This document shows, one piece after another, positions 28,978-38,665 of a DNA stretch of 64,000 bases. Under the pieces are notes generated by a model that ran no database searches, was not told where the DNA came from, and was given only the letters and a program-made list of their open reading frames with translations. This DNA comes from an uncultured virus (IMG/VR IMGVR_UViG_3300033153_014157) (lineage: Duplodnaviria; Heunggongvirae; Uroviricota; Caudoviricetes). Where the stretch lies: IMG/VR virus record IMGVR_UViG_3300033153_014157. One strand, 5' to 3'. Numbering within the stretch: the stretch's first letter is position 1; the number at the start of each line of letters is the position of its first letter. Both the position numbers and the translations under genes were made by a program.

Positions 28978-30779
28978 GTCGTGTCTTCAATTGATATATC
29001 TTCATCATTAATGGATTTTTCGTGTGCGGCACTCGTCACCCAAGCCGTTCTTCTCGTGCCCTCGCCATAAACGCTATTTCCTTCAGGGCAGACTTCCTTG
29101 CCGTCGATTTTCATGTCGAGTAATGGGCACCAATTACACCACACTTTCACTTCTGGATCTCTCGGCGTGGTAGCCATTACCATTCTCTTTTTTATGGCTT
29201 CGATGACATTTTTCGTCAGTTCGGAGTCCTTGTCTTCGTTTAACCTAAACACGCGAATGTGTGCTTCATGAATTCCCGTTTCTCTTCTATGTCTTTGTGG
29301 CGTGCGTGTTGGAAAGTATATTATTTGCGGGTCTACATTCAACATGAACTTTATCAAGATGAGTTCTTGAACGTGCGTTTCGTATGGTATTCGCGGGTCG
29401 GATGTTTCGGTCACGGGAATTATCAATGTCGGCACGTCATCAATTATCGTTATCGGCATGTCATACGCAATTTCTTCCGGGTCATTGTCTGGATCTGGCA
29501 TTCCAGTTCCCGTCAATGCTTTATACAATAAGACCTTGTTTATTTCGTTCACTTGCACGTTTATATTGTCGTTATTTTCTTCAGTAAGGCATTTTTTTAC
29601 GTGTTCTACCAAAGCGTGCCTGATCGTGCTATATGCTATCAGTCGCCTTGACCTATCGTGCGATAGCAACATTTCATCAAAATTTTCAGTATTAGCATAG
29701 AATGTCAGCCTGGGGCATCCCAACAGCAACCTGTAATTATATGGCTTGAAAATTGTCTTCGTTGCCTCCATGGCAAGTTTTTTTTGTACTTTCTTTACGA
29801 GCGAGTGGTCAAAAACGAATCCATCGCTAGGGATTTCTCCGTCATATTTCACGCGCGGTAATTGAAATATCATTTTCTTATACGATTTTCTATCTGTTAT
29901 TGACACGTCGCAGCCCTGTTCAAAGAAGAATTTTTCAAGTTGATTGGGATTCTTTTTCCTTCCACGCTTGCGCGAATTGCTTGCATATCCACCAAACATG
30001 CAAAACGAACACAGTCCAGACGGTTCTGCCGGTAGCGCGTTCACCAATTTCACGATTTCTTTCACGTTTTTCTTATCAATATTTTTTACCTCATCCAATC
30101 CCCTATTCATCGTGACCATTCGCGCACGCGTGATGTTAAAGTTCTTTTTCCACGCGTTTAGATCGAACTCATCTTTTGGATCATACTTGATACGATATGC
30201 CGCTATTCCCTGCGCCTGTTTCTTTGAAAAATATATTATGTTGCCCAATCTTCTATTTCGCAACAACAGGTATAAAAATAATTGATCTAAGTGATTATAA
30301 ATTGGCATTTTATGTCTGGTTCTTCCGTACGATATTGAAAAGTCAAAGTTTTCATATTCATCGGTCGTCACCAGTGCCTCGAATTGTTTAACAGATTTTA
30401 ATTCATATATGCCTCTAGAGCTGACCAGATCGATGCTTCCAATCAATTTTCTTCTAATCGGTCGCCTATGGATTTTGAATTTGTGTTCGCACGTGACTTC
30501 TGGAGAACCGGGAAGTACCTCCAACTCACCAAAATATTCGTGCAGCCCTTTTCCAACGAGCATCGCCAAGTATTCATCAACCGTAAAAAACGCAGCACGG
30601 TATATTCTATCTATGATCGCTTTTCTAGGGCATTGTATGAGTTCCGTCACGTGAATGGTTTTATCATCAAACTTTCTTGCGGAAGTATTCATGTAAGAGG
30701 TAATTATTGCTTCTAAGAAATCCGCCGTTCTTTTTATTTCATCCATATCTGCATTTATAATGTCTGGCATTAACGTCAT
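28971..30779 (-). CDS. Tandem Cas4-like (PD-(D/E)xK, Fe-S) nuclease; second domain degenerate
   Basis: Domain 1: CPRK, GKGLH, GSIDL, YELKS, QLFLY, CSFC..C. Domain 2: CPRL, QEL, CNWCP..C without D/ExK. Confidence 0.75.
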   Translation of the reverse strand: MTLMPDIINADMDEIKRTADFLEAIITSYMNTSARKFDDKTIHVTELIQCPRKAIIDRIYRAAFFTVDEYLAMLVGKGLHEYFGELEVLPGSPEVTCEHKFKIHRRPIRRKLIGSIDLVSSRGIYELKSVKQFEALVTTDEYENFDFSISYGRTRHKMPIYNHLDQLFLYLLLRNRRLGNIIYFSKKQAQGIAAYRIKYDPKDEFDLNAWKKNFNITRARMVTMNRGLDEVKNIDKKNVKEIVKLVNALPAEPSGLCSFCMFGGYASNSRKRGRKKNPNQLEKFFFEQGCDVSITDRKSYKKMIFQLPRVKYDGEIPSDGFVFDHSLVKKVQKKLAMEATKTIFKPYNYRLLLGCPRLTFYANTENFDEMLLSHDRSRRLIAYSTIRHALVEHVKKCLTEENNDNINVQVNEINKVLLYKALTGTGMPDPDNDPEEIAYDMPITIIDDVPTLIIPVTETSDPRIPYETHVQELILIKFMLNVDPQIIYFPTRTPQRHRRETGIHEAHIRVFRLNEDKDSELTKNVIEAIKKRMVMATTPRDPEVKVWCNWCPLLDMKIDGKEVCPEGNSVYGEGTRRTAWVTSAAHEKSINDEDISIEDTTW

Positions 30780-30891
30780 TTACATCACATTAATAATAAA
30801 TTAATTAAAGATCAATGCACCATGATTAAAAAGCTATTTGTTCGAGAATTAAACTTAATTACGTGAATGCCTTTTACGTTTTCATAATCTG

Positions 30892-33294
30892 GTGATTTTT
30901 TTGAACATTGAAGATCTTGACATTCCGGACGTGGTAAAGAACGTATTGCGCACTAATAAGATAACAAAATTATACCCGCCACAAGAAGAAGTGTTTAGAA
31001 AAACGGGCATATTGAAGAATAAAAGTGCTTTAATCTCCATCCCGACCGCGTCTGGTAAGACGTTAATAGCCGAGATAGTAATGTTAAAAAGGATAATAGA
31101 GGAACATTGCAAGGCATTATATCTCGTGCCATTAAAAGCACTTGCGAGCCAAAAATACTCTGAATTTGACAAGAAGTGGGGATCGAAAGCCGTGACTGGA
31201 GAGGTCGTCAGTGTTGCCCAGTCATCGTCTGATTTTGATACCGACGACCAATGGCTAAATGAGCGCGATATCATTCTAGCCACCAACGAGAAAGCGGACT
31301 CGCTGTACAGGCACAAGCCCAAGTGGATGTCTTCCGTGAAAGTGTTGGTAGTTGATGAAATACACCTAATTGACGACAAGACGCGCGGTCCGACGCTAGA
31401 AATATTCATCGCAAAGATGTTGAAACAATACCCGTGGCTACAGGTGATAGGATTGTCAGCCACGATTCCAAATGCAATTGACCTTGCAAAATGGTTAAAA
31501 GCCGACCTTGTCACGAGCGACTGGCGACCGGTAAAACTACGTAAAGGCGTGTATTATAACGATTACATTTATTACGATGATAAAAAAGTCGAGAAGGTAA
31601 AGTCCAATCTTCCCACCGCGCTATTGAGCGTTATAAATGACACCTTACAGGACGAAGGTCAGGTTCTTGCGTTTCTTCCAACGCGCCGCGATACCGTGTC
31701 AAAGGCGAAGTCCGTATCAAAAATCACGCGACCGTATGTTCGAAAAGTCGAGAAAATGAAAGACTACATTAACAGTAATATATGTTCTACCAGATTGACG
31801 CAGACGTTACTCGGAGAGACATTATGCGATGTCATGAAGAAGGGAACGGCATTTCATAATGCAGGACTTAGTTCGGAACAACGATCACTTGTCGAGCTCG
31901 GTTTCACGACAAGATATATAAAATGCGTTGTTGCAACACCCACGCTTGCGATAGGCGTTAATCTTCCTGCACGCAGGGTTTGCATAATTCACAAGCGATA
32001 CAATGCAGAGATGCGGCGCGCCGTTAATATAAAAGTATCTGAGTATAACCAGATGAGCGGTCGCGCAGGTAGACCTGGGCTTGATGAAGTCGGGGAAGCA
32101 TTATTGTTTGCAAGAACCGAATTCGAACTTAGAGAGCTGTTCGATTTGTACATAAACGGCGAATCAGAACCGATCACGTCAAAGCTAAACAACATGGACA
32201 TCCTGACATTTCACGTGCTTGCATTCATCGCGCAATCAGAGAACGCGTTCTTGCATCATAATGAAGTCTTAGACCTTCTTAACAACACGTTCTTCGGTTA
32301 TCAGAATTCAGGTAGTCAGCTCATAAACAACGTCATAAAAGTATTTGCGTTTTTGGATAAAAACGACTTTATCGAAAAAGTCGGGGATTCCGTGACCGCT
32401 ACTGATTTCGGAACTAAAACATCACAATTATACATTTTCCCAAACACCGCGCTATTGATCAAGCACGCGTTGAAAAAGGCACTCGAACGCGCTAATGATA
32501 CTGGAATTTCAAAAAGCATCGAATCGCTAAAAGAAGAAATGAAGGAGCTGAAGAAAAAATACGCCGAATTAAAGACCGATGCTGAAGGTAATAAAATCGA
32601 GATAAAAGAGATAAAGAGGCGTGCTAGGGAAATCAAGCAAATCATTCGCGTGTTAAAAAACATATCATTTTCACTTGTCGGATGGGTACACGCGCTGACA
32701 CTAACACCTAACTTCAAGCGTAGGTTCGTGCGAGTGTATCCAAAAAGAGGGGAAGAAACGAGTGAATTGGAAGAATTGATTGATTTTTATGATCGACACG
32801 TTCACGAGTTCTACATTCAGCCACCAATAGGGTTTCATGAGATAAACGTGAACGTGCCAGTAATTGATGAGGACTCCATGATATATCTTGAAGCCCTAAA
32901 ATCAACGTACGTGATTTACATGTGGGCTGAAGAATATAGCGAACGCGTGATAACAGAACATTTTAAAATCGGACCGGGAGACCTGTCTGGTTCAATCGAA
33001 ACGTTAAAGTGGTTACTATACAGCACGCAAGAGCTTGCAAGGCTGTTAGACATGAATGAATTCCTGAAGCCGTTATCCGTGATCGAGTGGAGAGTATCAC
33101 AAGGCGTTAAAGAAGAAATATTAGAGCTAACAAAATTGCGCGGAATCGGTAGAATATTGGCACGCAGGTTATACAAAAAAGGAATAAAGAGCATAGACGA
33201 CTTAAAAAAGATAACGCCGGCACAGCTAGTAAAGATGAATATAAAAGGAATCGGACCCGAAACCGCGAAGAAGGTATTCGAACAAATAGAATGA
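30892..33294 (+). CDS. hel308: Hel308/Hjm Ski2-like SF2 helicase
   Basis: PTASGKT, DEIH, SAT, FHNAGL, TPTLAIGVNLPA, QMSGRAGRPG, C-terminal HhH. Confidence 0.93.
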   Translation: MIFLNIEDLDIPDVVKNVLRTNKITKLYPPQEEVFRKTGILKNKSALISIPTASGKTLIAEIVMLKRIIEEHCKALYLVPLKALASQKYSEFDKKWGSKAVTGEVVSVAQSSSDFDTDDQWLNERDIILATNEKADSLYRHKPKWMSSVKVLVVDEIHLIDDKTRGPTLEIFIAKMLKQYPWLQVIGLSATIPNAIDLAKWLKADLVTSDWRPVKLRKGVYYNDYIYYDDKKVEKVKSNLPTALLSVINDTLQDEGQVLAFLPTRRDTVSKAKSVSKITRPYVRKVEKMKDYINSNICSTRLTQTLLGETLCDVMKKGTAFHNAGLSSEQRSLVELGFTTRYIKCVVATPTLAIGVNLPARRVCIIHKRYNAEMRRAVNIKVSEYNQMSGRAGRPGLDEVGEALLFARTEFELRELFDLYINGESEPITSKLNNMDILTFHVLAFIAQSENAFLHHNEVLDLLNNTFFGYQNSGSQLINNVIKVFAFLDKNDFIEKVGDSVTATDFGTKTSQLYIFPNTALLIKHALKKALERANDTGISKSIESLKEEMKELKKKYAELKTDAEGNKIEIKEIKRRAREIKQIIRVLKNISFSLVGWVHALTLTPNFKRRFVRVYPKRGEETSELEELIDFYDRHVHEFYIQPPIGFHEINVNVPVIDEDSMIYLEALKSTYVIYMWAEEYSERVITEHFKIGPGDLSGSIETLKWLLYSTQELARLLDMNEFLKPLSVIEWRVSQGVKEEILELTKLRGIGRILARRLYKKGIKSIDDLKKITPAQLVKMNIKGIGPETAKKVFEQIE
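33121..33131 (+). repeat. Dispersed motif TTAGAGCTAAC (copy 6)
   Basis: Exact 11-mer; encodes LELT. Confidence 0.9.
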
Positions 33295-33310
33295 TAAAAA
33301 CAACTTTTTG

Positions 33311-33829
33311 CTACATTTTTTTAATTAAAGCTTTTATCGTTTTCATCACCAATGATATATATTTTGATGTGTATTTTGGATCGCATTGCCCGATACAGTC
33401 TTTGCCGAGCGCGTCTTCGGCAATTCGCTCTAACGCGCCATCATAATCATCATCACGTGATAGAAACGAGTTTATGTTTTCAAGCATCATTCGCATTATT
33501 TTTATCTTAACTATGTATTCATCAATTTCTGATAACGAATATTGGTCTATTCTTTTTTTTACAATTGACGACAGGTTATCCAATAACTTGTTTTCTTTAT
33601 CCATGCTGTCGCTCAACTTTTTGGCATCATAGACCCTGCGTTTTGACGCGTCACTCAGGATTTCGTATGCGACATTTACCGTCGCCATTAATTTTTCGTA
33701 TTCGTCTTTTGCACGAGTGATCTTTTGAACGTCTGGATGTAGTTTTCGCACCAATTTTCTGTATGCCTTCTTTATTTCGTCAGTACTTGCGTCACTATCA
33801 ACGCCCAAGATTTCATAGTAATTGAGCAT
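33311..33829 (-). CDS. J-domain (DnaJ-like) protein
   Basis: NYYEILGV..A...IKKAYRKL...HPD...[16 protein letters not shown]. Confidence 0.9.
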   Translation of the reverse strand: MLNYYEILGVDSDASTDEIKKAYRKLVRKLHPDVQKITRAKDEYEKLMATVNVAYEILSDASKRRVYDAKKLSDSMDKENKLLDNLSSIVKKRIDQYSLSEIDEYIVKIKIMRMMLENINSFLSRDDDYDGALERIAEDALGKDCIGQCDPKYTSKYISLVMKTIKALIKKM

Positions 33830-33900
33830 TTCACGTCATCCTTTTAAATGAATACACATAAATACACATTAAGGTGTATAAAAAACATTCTGGTGATTTC

Positions 33901-34185
33901 ATGGTAAAAAAGAAGCGGTTTAACATCACGCTCAGCAATAAGCACGCAAGAATAATTGAAAAAATCATCGAGCAGAAAGATGGCATTAATACTAAAAGTG
34001 GCGCTATAGAATGGGCATTAAAAAAATCGTTAATATTCATGTTATTGACAGAAGCAGAAGTGTATCACGCATTGAAAATGACGCTACCAGCCGAAGACTT
34101 AAACCACTTATTGCCCAGAAACACAGCCGGTAACGATTTTGAGTGTATTGACATCAATGATTTTTTTCATTCCGATGGTGATTAG
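33901..34185 (+). CDS. Ribbon-helix-helix DNA-binding protein
   Basis: KRFNITLS..HARIIE.......KSGAIEWAL; GGTGA upstream of ATG 33901. Confidence 0.6.
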   Translation: MVKKKRFNITLSNKHARIIEKIIEQKDGINTKSGAIEWALKKSLIFMLLTEAEVYHALKMTLPAEDLNHLLPRNTAGNDFECIDINDFFHSDGD

Positions 34186-35168
34186 TGAGAATGTCATATA
34201 GAACATCAGAGTTTAGAAAGCTGACAAATGAATTGTTAGAGAAACGCTTTAATGACATGATGAATGGCAAGGAAACGAGAGTTGTCAGCATGAAAATGTT
34301 ATTCTACGAGTTCCGAAACGAGTTCATGAAGCGGCATGGAAAAAGAGATCTTGATATAAAACCGATCAATAACACTAACAAGCAACTAAAATATTTCGCA
34401 AAAATGGTGGCATCGTGGATAAACGCAAAAATACAACGCCTCATGGATCAAGGCGTGACTGACTCCGAACTCACGAGTAAGGGGTTCAACCCAGGGGCAC
34501 TCCACTTTTGGTCTGTATTCCGTGATAGCATCAACATTACTGTCATGCAAAAGGCACTCGTCTATGGTAGCATTGGTGAGGTCGCGCTCGCGTCTAACAT
34601 TTATAACGTGATTAACAATTCTGACATCATCATCCTGACTGAAAAAGAGCTACTAGGGTATAAGCTATGTGACGCAATAATTCGTAGCGACTTCAACGTG
34701 AACATTATCAGCACGCAGGGAAGCGATATATCAAAAGTGATAGAAATCGTTGCATTATTAACAATCATTAGTACCATCAATGATTGCCGCCAGCCGCGCG
34801 TGTATTTTTTACACGACATGGACGTGTTCAGCATGAAAAAACTATTGATACTCAAGTCGTGTTTTCCGGCGCTCAAATCTGCTGGCGTGAATCAATACAT
34901 GCTTCGTTCGTGCAAGATCAATCCAAACGAATTAGTCGAGCCGTGCCACGTCCGTAATGTTACAAATGACAACTCGGTAAACGACACGTTAAACTCGCTC
35001 ATTAGAACGCAATCATTATCGTTCAAACCAAACGTTAAATTACTTTCAAAAAATAGGATTGATGCCGAAGCGTTGTATGTCGCACGCGGAATCAAGCCGT
35101 TTGTAAAATACTTGAAAAAAATAGACGGACTACAACGAATCAGATCTAGCCCACTTTGGAACGACTAA
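34185..35168 (+). CDS. Topo VI subunit A/Spo11-like TOPRIM protein (divergent)
   Basis: MKMLFY (candidate catalytic Tyr), ILTEK, STQG, HDMD, RIDAEAL. Confidence 0.6.
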   Translation: MRMSYRTSEFRKLTNELLEKRFNDMMNGKETRVVSMKMLFYEFRNEFMKRHGKRDLDIKPINNTNKQLKYFAKMVASWINAKIQRLMDQGVTDSELTSKGFNPGALHFWSVFRDSINITVMQKALVYGSIGEVALASNIYNVINNSDIIILTEKELLGYKLCDAIIRSDFNVNIISTQGSDISKVIEIVALLTIISTINDCRQPRVYFLHDMDVFSMKKLLILKSCFPALKSAGVNQYMLRSCKINPNELVEPCHVRNVTNDNSVNDTLNSLIRTQSLSFKPNVKLLSKNRIDAEALYVARGIKPFVKYLKKIDGLQRIRSSPLWND

Positions 35169-35462
35169 TGCAAACAAAGGACAAGCATTCGGTTTTAAAC
35201 CATTTTTCAAGCGCGCGTCACTACTTTTTATAAAACAAAATGATGAAGCGCATTTACATTTAAACGTTCTAACGTGTTTTCTATTTTTTGCGCGCCTAGA
35301 CATCTCGCGCCAATCACATTCTTGAGAATCAAACGGACATATTATTGGCATTAAAAGTCCTCTTTGTACCGTCACGAGGTCACACGAAATCGTGGTCTTG
35401 CCTTTCTCGCACCTGCACGTGAACACGTGTTCTTTCATCCTTATTGCATTCATTCTTATCAA
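35130..35462 (-). CDS. Small Cys-rich protein with duplicated Zn-binding unit
   Basis: FTCRC...C...GL.P.ICPF and FKCKC...C...GL.PNACPL. Confidence 0.55.
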   Translation of the reverse strand: MIRMNAIRMKEHVFTCRCEKGKTTISCDLVTVQRGLLMPIICPFDSQECDWREMSRRAKNRKHVRTFKCKCASSFCFIKSSDARLKNGLKPNACPLFALVVPKWARSDSL

Positions 35463-36007
35463 CTAAACAAAACATCAATGTCGAAATCGGGAATGAACAC
35501 GTCATCCGTAGATAAATACTTCACGTCCCAGTGGTATAGCCCGCGAGAAATCCTTGAATATATGGCATCATTAATCGCGAATGCATCTACACGTGTCATC
35601 CACTCGCGCTCCTGCATTGAATTTATCCGATCAACTAACACGCTCTTAGGCGTTGATATGTATATTCGCACGGTATCAAACTCGCTTAACACGAAGTTGA
35701 TCATTCCGTTGAACCCGAAATACTCGATAACCAATACGCCATTTGTCATTGAGGCTTCACTTAATAATTCTAAGAATCTTTCGCGCAATCTCGTTTCAAT
35801 GTTTTGATTGAGAATCAATGTTCTGTCATAACCATGCATGTCCAAATTAATGAAAAAATTCTTCATGTCAAAAACAACAGCGCGATCCTTGATATACCGT
35901 TCTATGAATGTAGTCTTTCCGGCTTTCACGGCGCCCATCACGACTATTACTAATGGCTCACTTGGTAGATCCATTTTATCATCACCTTCAATAATGTCTA
36001 TCATCAA
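35459..36007 (-). CDS. P-loop nucleotide/polynucleotide kinase-like protein
   Basis: VIVVMGAVKAGKTT; lid-like L.DRI. Confidence 0.65.
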   Translation of the reverse strand: MMIDIIEGDDKMDLPSEPLVIVVMGAVKAGKTTFIERYIKDRAVVFDMKNFFINLDMHGYDRTLILNQNIETRLRERFLELLSEASMTNGVLVIEYFGFNGMINFVLSEFDTVRIYISTPKSVLVDRINSMQEREWMTRVDAFAINDAIYSRISRGLYHWDVKYLSTDDVFIPDFDIDVLFS

Positions 36008-36134
36008 CGAGATATATTAAATATACCAATTCAGTTTTTTATCACGTGTCCAGAAAACGTTTTTATTCATGACATTCAATGTAAGACCAATTGAATTATG
36101 AGCATGTCCATCACAAATCGTTGGCGAGCACAAA

Positions 36135-36677
36135 ATGTCCGATGTTGAATTTTCATTCAAGATCGTCGTAATGGGTAACAGCGGCGTTGGAAAGACTTCA
36201 TTAATAAGAAGATACGTTGATAATAAATTCGAAAACTCGTTTGTCAATACATTGGGCGTTGATTTTCTTTCGAAAATCGTTCACGTTGACGGAATAAAAA
36301 CTAGGCTACTTATATGGGATATTAGCGGTCAGTCAAAGTTTGCCAGTTTTCTTCATCTGTTTTTTAAAAAAACCGATTTTTATGTAGTCGCATTTTCAGT
36401 TGACGATGAAATCAGCTTTAGAGATATCGGGCATTGGATAAACATCGTGTTCGACCACGCGCGTGATGGGGAAATCATGATGTATCAGGGGCGAAAGCCA
36501 ATGGGAATCATACGTACAAAGACAGATCTAGTGCCGTCATATTCAAATAATGATGATGCGTTTAATGACATCTCTGACTCGCTATTGTTCAGGCTCGACA
36601 CCTCTGCTAAAACAGGGAAAAACGTGAATGAAATGTTCGGGATGATCGCGCGGCATCTATTATCGTTTCACGCGTGA
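36135..36677 (+). CDS. Rab-like small GTPase
   Basis: GNSGVGKT, TLGVDF, WDISGQ, TKTD, TSAKTG; no C-terminal prenylation motif. Confidence 0.92.
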   Translation: MSDVEFSFKIVVMGNSGVGKTSLIRRYVDNKFENSFVNTLGVDFLSKIVHVDGIKTRLLIWDISGQSKFASFLHLFFKKTDFYVVAFSVDDEISFRDIGHWINIVFDHARDGEIMMYQGRKPMGIIRTKTDLVPSYSNNDDAFNDISDSLLFRLDTSAKTGKNVNEMFGMIARHLLSFHA

Positions 36678-36689
36678 GTTAGAGCTAAC
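36678..36689 (+). repeat. Dispersed motif GTTAGAGCTAAC (copy 7, full 12-mer, intergenic)
   Basis: Begins immediately after the GTPase stop codon, between convergent genes. Confidence 0.9.
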
Positions 36690-36808
36690 ACTTTTAAACG
36701 CGTTTAATATCTTGGCTCGACTTTTGATTAAAAGCTTGACAAAAAAAAATAAATGTTTTGTAGCGAATACGTTATTCTCGCTAATACCGTTGACAAATGT
36801 TTTCCGCT

Positions 36809-38032
36809 TCACAGCCTAGCCAATAGTATCTTCTTCTTCTTTAACAGATACATCGTTGCGCTAACCCCGCCCCCGACTGCAGCTGCAATCACGATCAGCA
36901 ACGTGACTCCGATTCCTATCGTGGCATAATACAGTAGTGACGGAAATGGTATTGTTTCTTCTCCACCTATTACGTATTCTCCTCCGTATTTGAACTCGCA
37001 CGCATAGATTGACGATGTAATAATGCCGGGTCTAGGCAACTCGTTTATTATATTCACGATGAAGAGATACAGATCCTCGTGCGTCGCGTCGTGAAGAACC
37101 GAGAACACCTCTTGTAGATTATCCAAGATGTTCGTCATGTTAATTGAGAGTACAGCCTCTAATAACGCCCCTGATTCTACGTGAGAATACGTGTCTATTG
37201 TAAGATTTTCCCAGCTGGATAGCCACGCCTCATATCTGGTTTCATTGTCGAACATGTAAAATAGCGTGTCGTTGAAATTTATTAATAGCTCTGACACGTT
37301 TATGTCTATCCTTACATGAAACGAATTTAGTGATGTTCGCCCGTGTTTTGTAAACTCGCTGCCGATGTTAATTAATGGGGAAATCAAGTCATTGAACTCA
37401 GCTAACGCAGCGCCCCAATATGACCAATTATTATTTATGAAAATTGGCATGGGAACATAATTCATGCTTCCAGACGTGATGTCTTGTAATACCGTCAGTA
37501 CTGAGAAGTTTGCGGGAACGTCAGTCATATTTGATGCGAAATCAGCTTGAAATTCCTCAAATGTTAATTCGGTTTCATTTATGAAATATAAAGCGGTTAG
37601 TAATGAGTATAATGCTTCGTAGTTAAAGTTTAGCGTGGATATTGTTCCAGACACTTCTCCAACAAACGTGGCGTTTGGTTGCGTGACATCATTAATGACT
37701 GAGTGTATCTTAATGTCTTCTATCGAGTCAAGAAAACACGTTGCAGATGTAAGCACGTTGCGAGCCATTGTCGTGTTTCCATTCATTGCAACCAATAAAA
37801 GCAGATACAACACGTCTTGCGTGTTTTGGTCGTGGTACCACGATTTTGAAGCATCATTAAATGATATTGCATGAACTATCTCATCTCCGCTTTGTAATTG
37901 TCCAAAGTCGCCTATCTGATCTGGGCAGGAATACGGGTCTGGCACGGCTGATACCATTCCAATTGACAGCATGGCGTAAAGCAAAAATATCGAGATAACC
38001 GAACAACTAACAATTCTTGTGCGCATTGACAT
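36809..38032 (-). CDS. Secreted type I membrane glycoprotein
   Basis: Signal peptide, NxT/S sequons, C-terminal TM helix plus KKKK. Confidence 0.75.
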   Translation of the reverse strand: MSMRTRIVSCSVISIFLLYAMLSIGMVSAVPDPYSCPDQIGDFGQLQSGDEIVHAISFNDASKSWYHDQNTQDVLYLLLLVAMNGNTTMARNVLTSATCFLDSIEDIKIHSVINDVTQPNATFVGEVSGTISTLNFNYEALYSLLTALYFINETELTFEEFQADFASNMTDVPANFSVLTVLQDITSGSMNYVPMPIFINNNWSYWGAALAEFNDLISPLINIGSEFTKHGRTSLNSFHVRIDINVSELLINFNDTLFYMFDNETRYEAWLSSWENLTIDTYSHVESGALLEAVLSINMTNILDNLQEVFSVLHDATHEDLYLFIVNIINELPRPGIITSSIYACEFKYGGEYVIGGEETIPFPSLLYYATIGIGVTLLIVIAAAVGGGVSATMYLLKKKKILLARL

Positions 38033-38072
38033 TGTGGTTCAACTTTAAATAACATCTTTTAATTTTTTAAAT

Positions 38073-38345
38073 GTGATTATCATGCCAGATAGATCATGCA
38101 TCACGATCAATGACATAACGCCGAACATGATATATAATGCTGAATGCCTCTTGGAACGCAAGATACATGAATGCGACGTAGAGCGCGTGTTTGCAATGTT
38201 ATTGCCCGATTTCAAGCCGGAACACGTGCCACTGCTAGAACACCTTAATAAGCTAGAAAGTTTTCTAGAAACGGGAACTCCGTGCGAGGAGTTTATCATT
38301 CAGATATTTGACGACTTCGAGCCAGACCCATCTGAGTGGTATTAG
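38073..38345 (+). CDS. Small acidic hypothetical protein
   Basis: 90 aa ORF. Confidence 0.45.
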   Translation: MIIMPDRSCITINDITPNMIYNAECLLERKIHECDVERVFAMLLPDFKPEHVPLLEHLNKLESFLETGTPCEEFIIQIFDDFEPDPSEWY

Positions 38346-38656
38346 TCATCGTATTTCGTGAATTTTATGCTTCCGTCTTTTTGCCTAACGGCTGTGACAT
38401 AAACCAATCCCGCTTTTTCCGCAAGCATTAATTGTTTTTCGCGCTGTTTTTTAGACACGCGCCCAGAGTATTTTGCTTCTATTGCCAAATTTTGCTTTTT
38501 AGATAAACAGATAAGGTCGAACGGTTCTGATCCGCTAGGTCTTATCACTACATATCCCTTATCTTCAAAGCAACGTTTTAAAAATCGTTCAAATGACATG
38601 CCCTTCTTGTATGATGATACGAATGAGTTCATGTCATCATTTATCTCTCTTGGCAT
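38342..38656 (-). CDS. hjc: Archaeal Holliday junction resolvase Hjc-like
   Basis: KGMSFER......KGYVVIR..GS..FDLI.......AIEAK. Confidence 0.8.
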   Translation of the reverse strand: MPREINDDMNSFVSSYKKGMSFERFLKRCFEDKGYVVIRPSGSEPFDLICLSKKQNLAIEAKYSGRVSKKQREKQLMLAEKAGLVYVTAVRQKDGSIKFTKYDD

Positions 38657-38665
38657 GTCAATTCA

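Noticed and set aside
28500..30890. CRISPR-Cas locus suggested by the Cas4-like gene
   Set aside because: No repeat-spacer array or other cas genes seen; the dispersed 11-mer is too short and too widely spaced to be a CRISPR repeat.
30882..31514. Long antisense ORFs (this one, 58011..58706, 2775..3326 and similar)
   Set aside because: Shadows of well-supported genes on the opposite strand.
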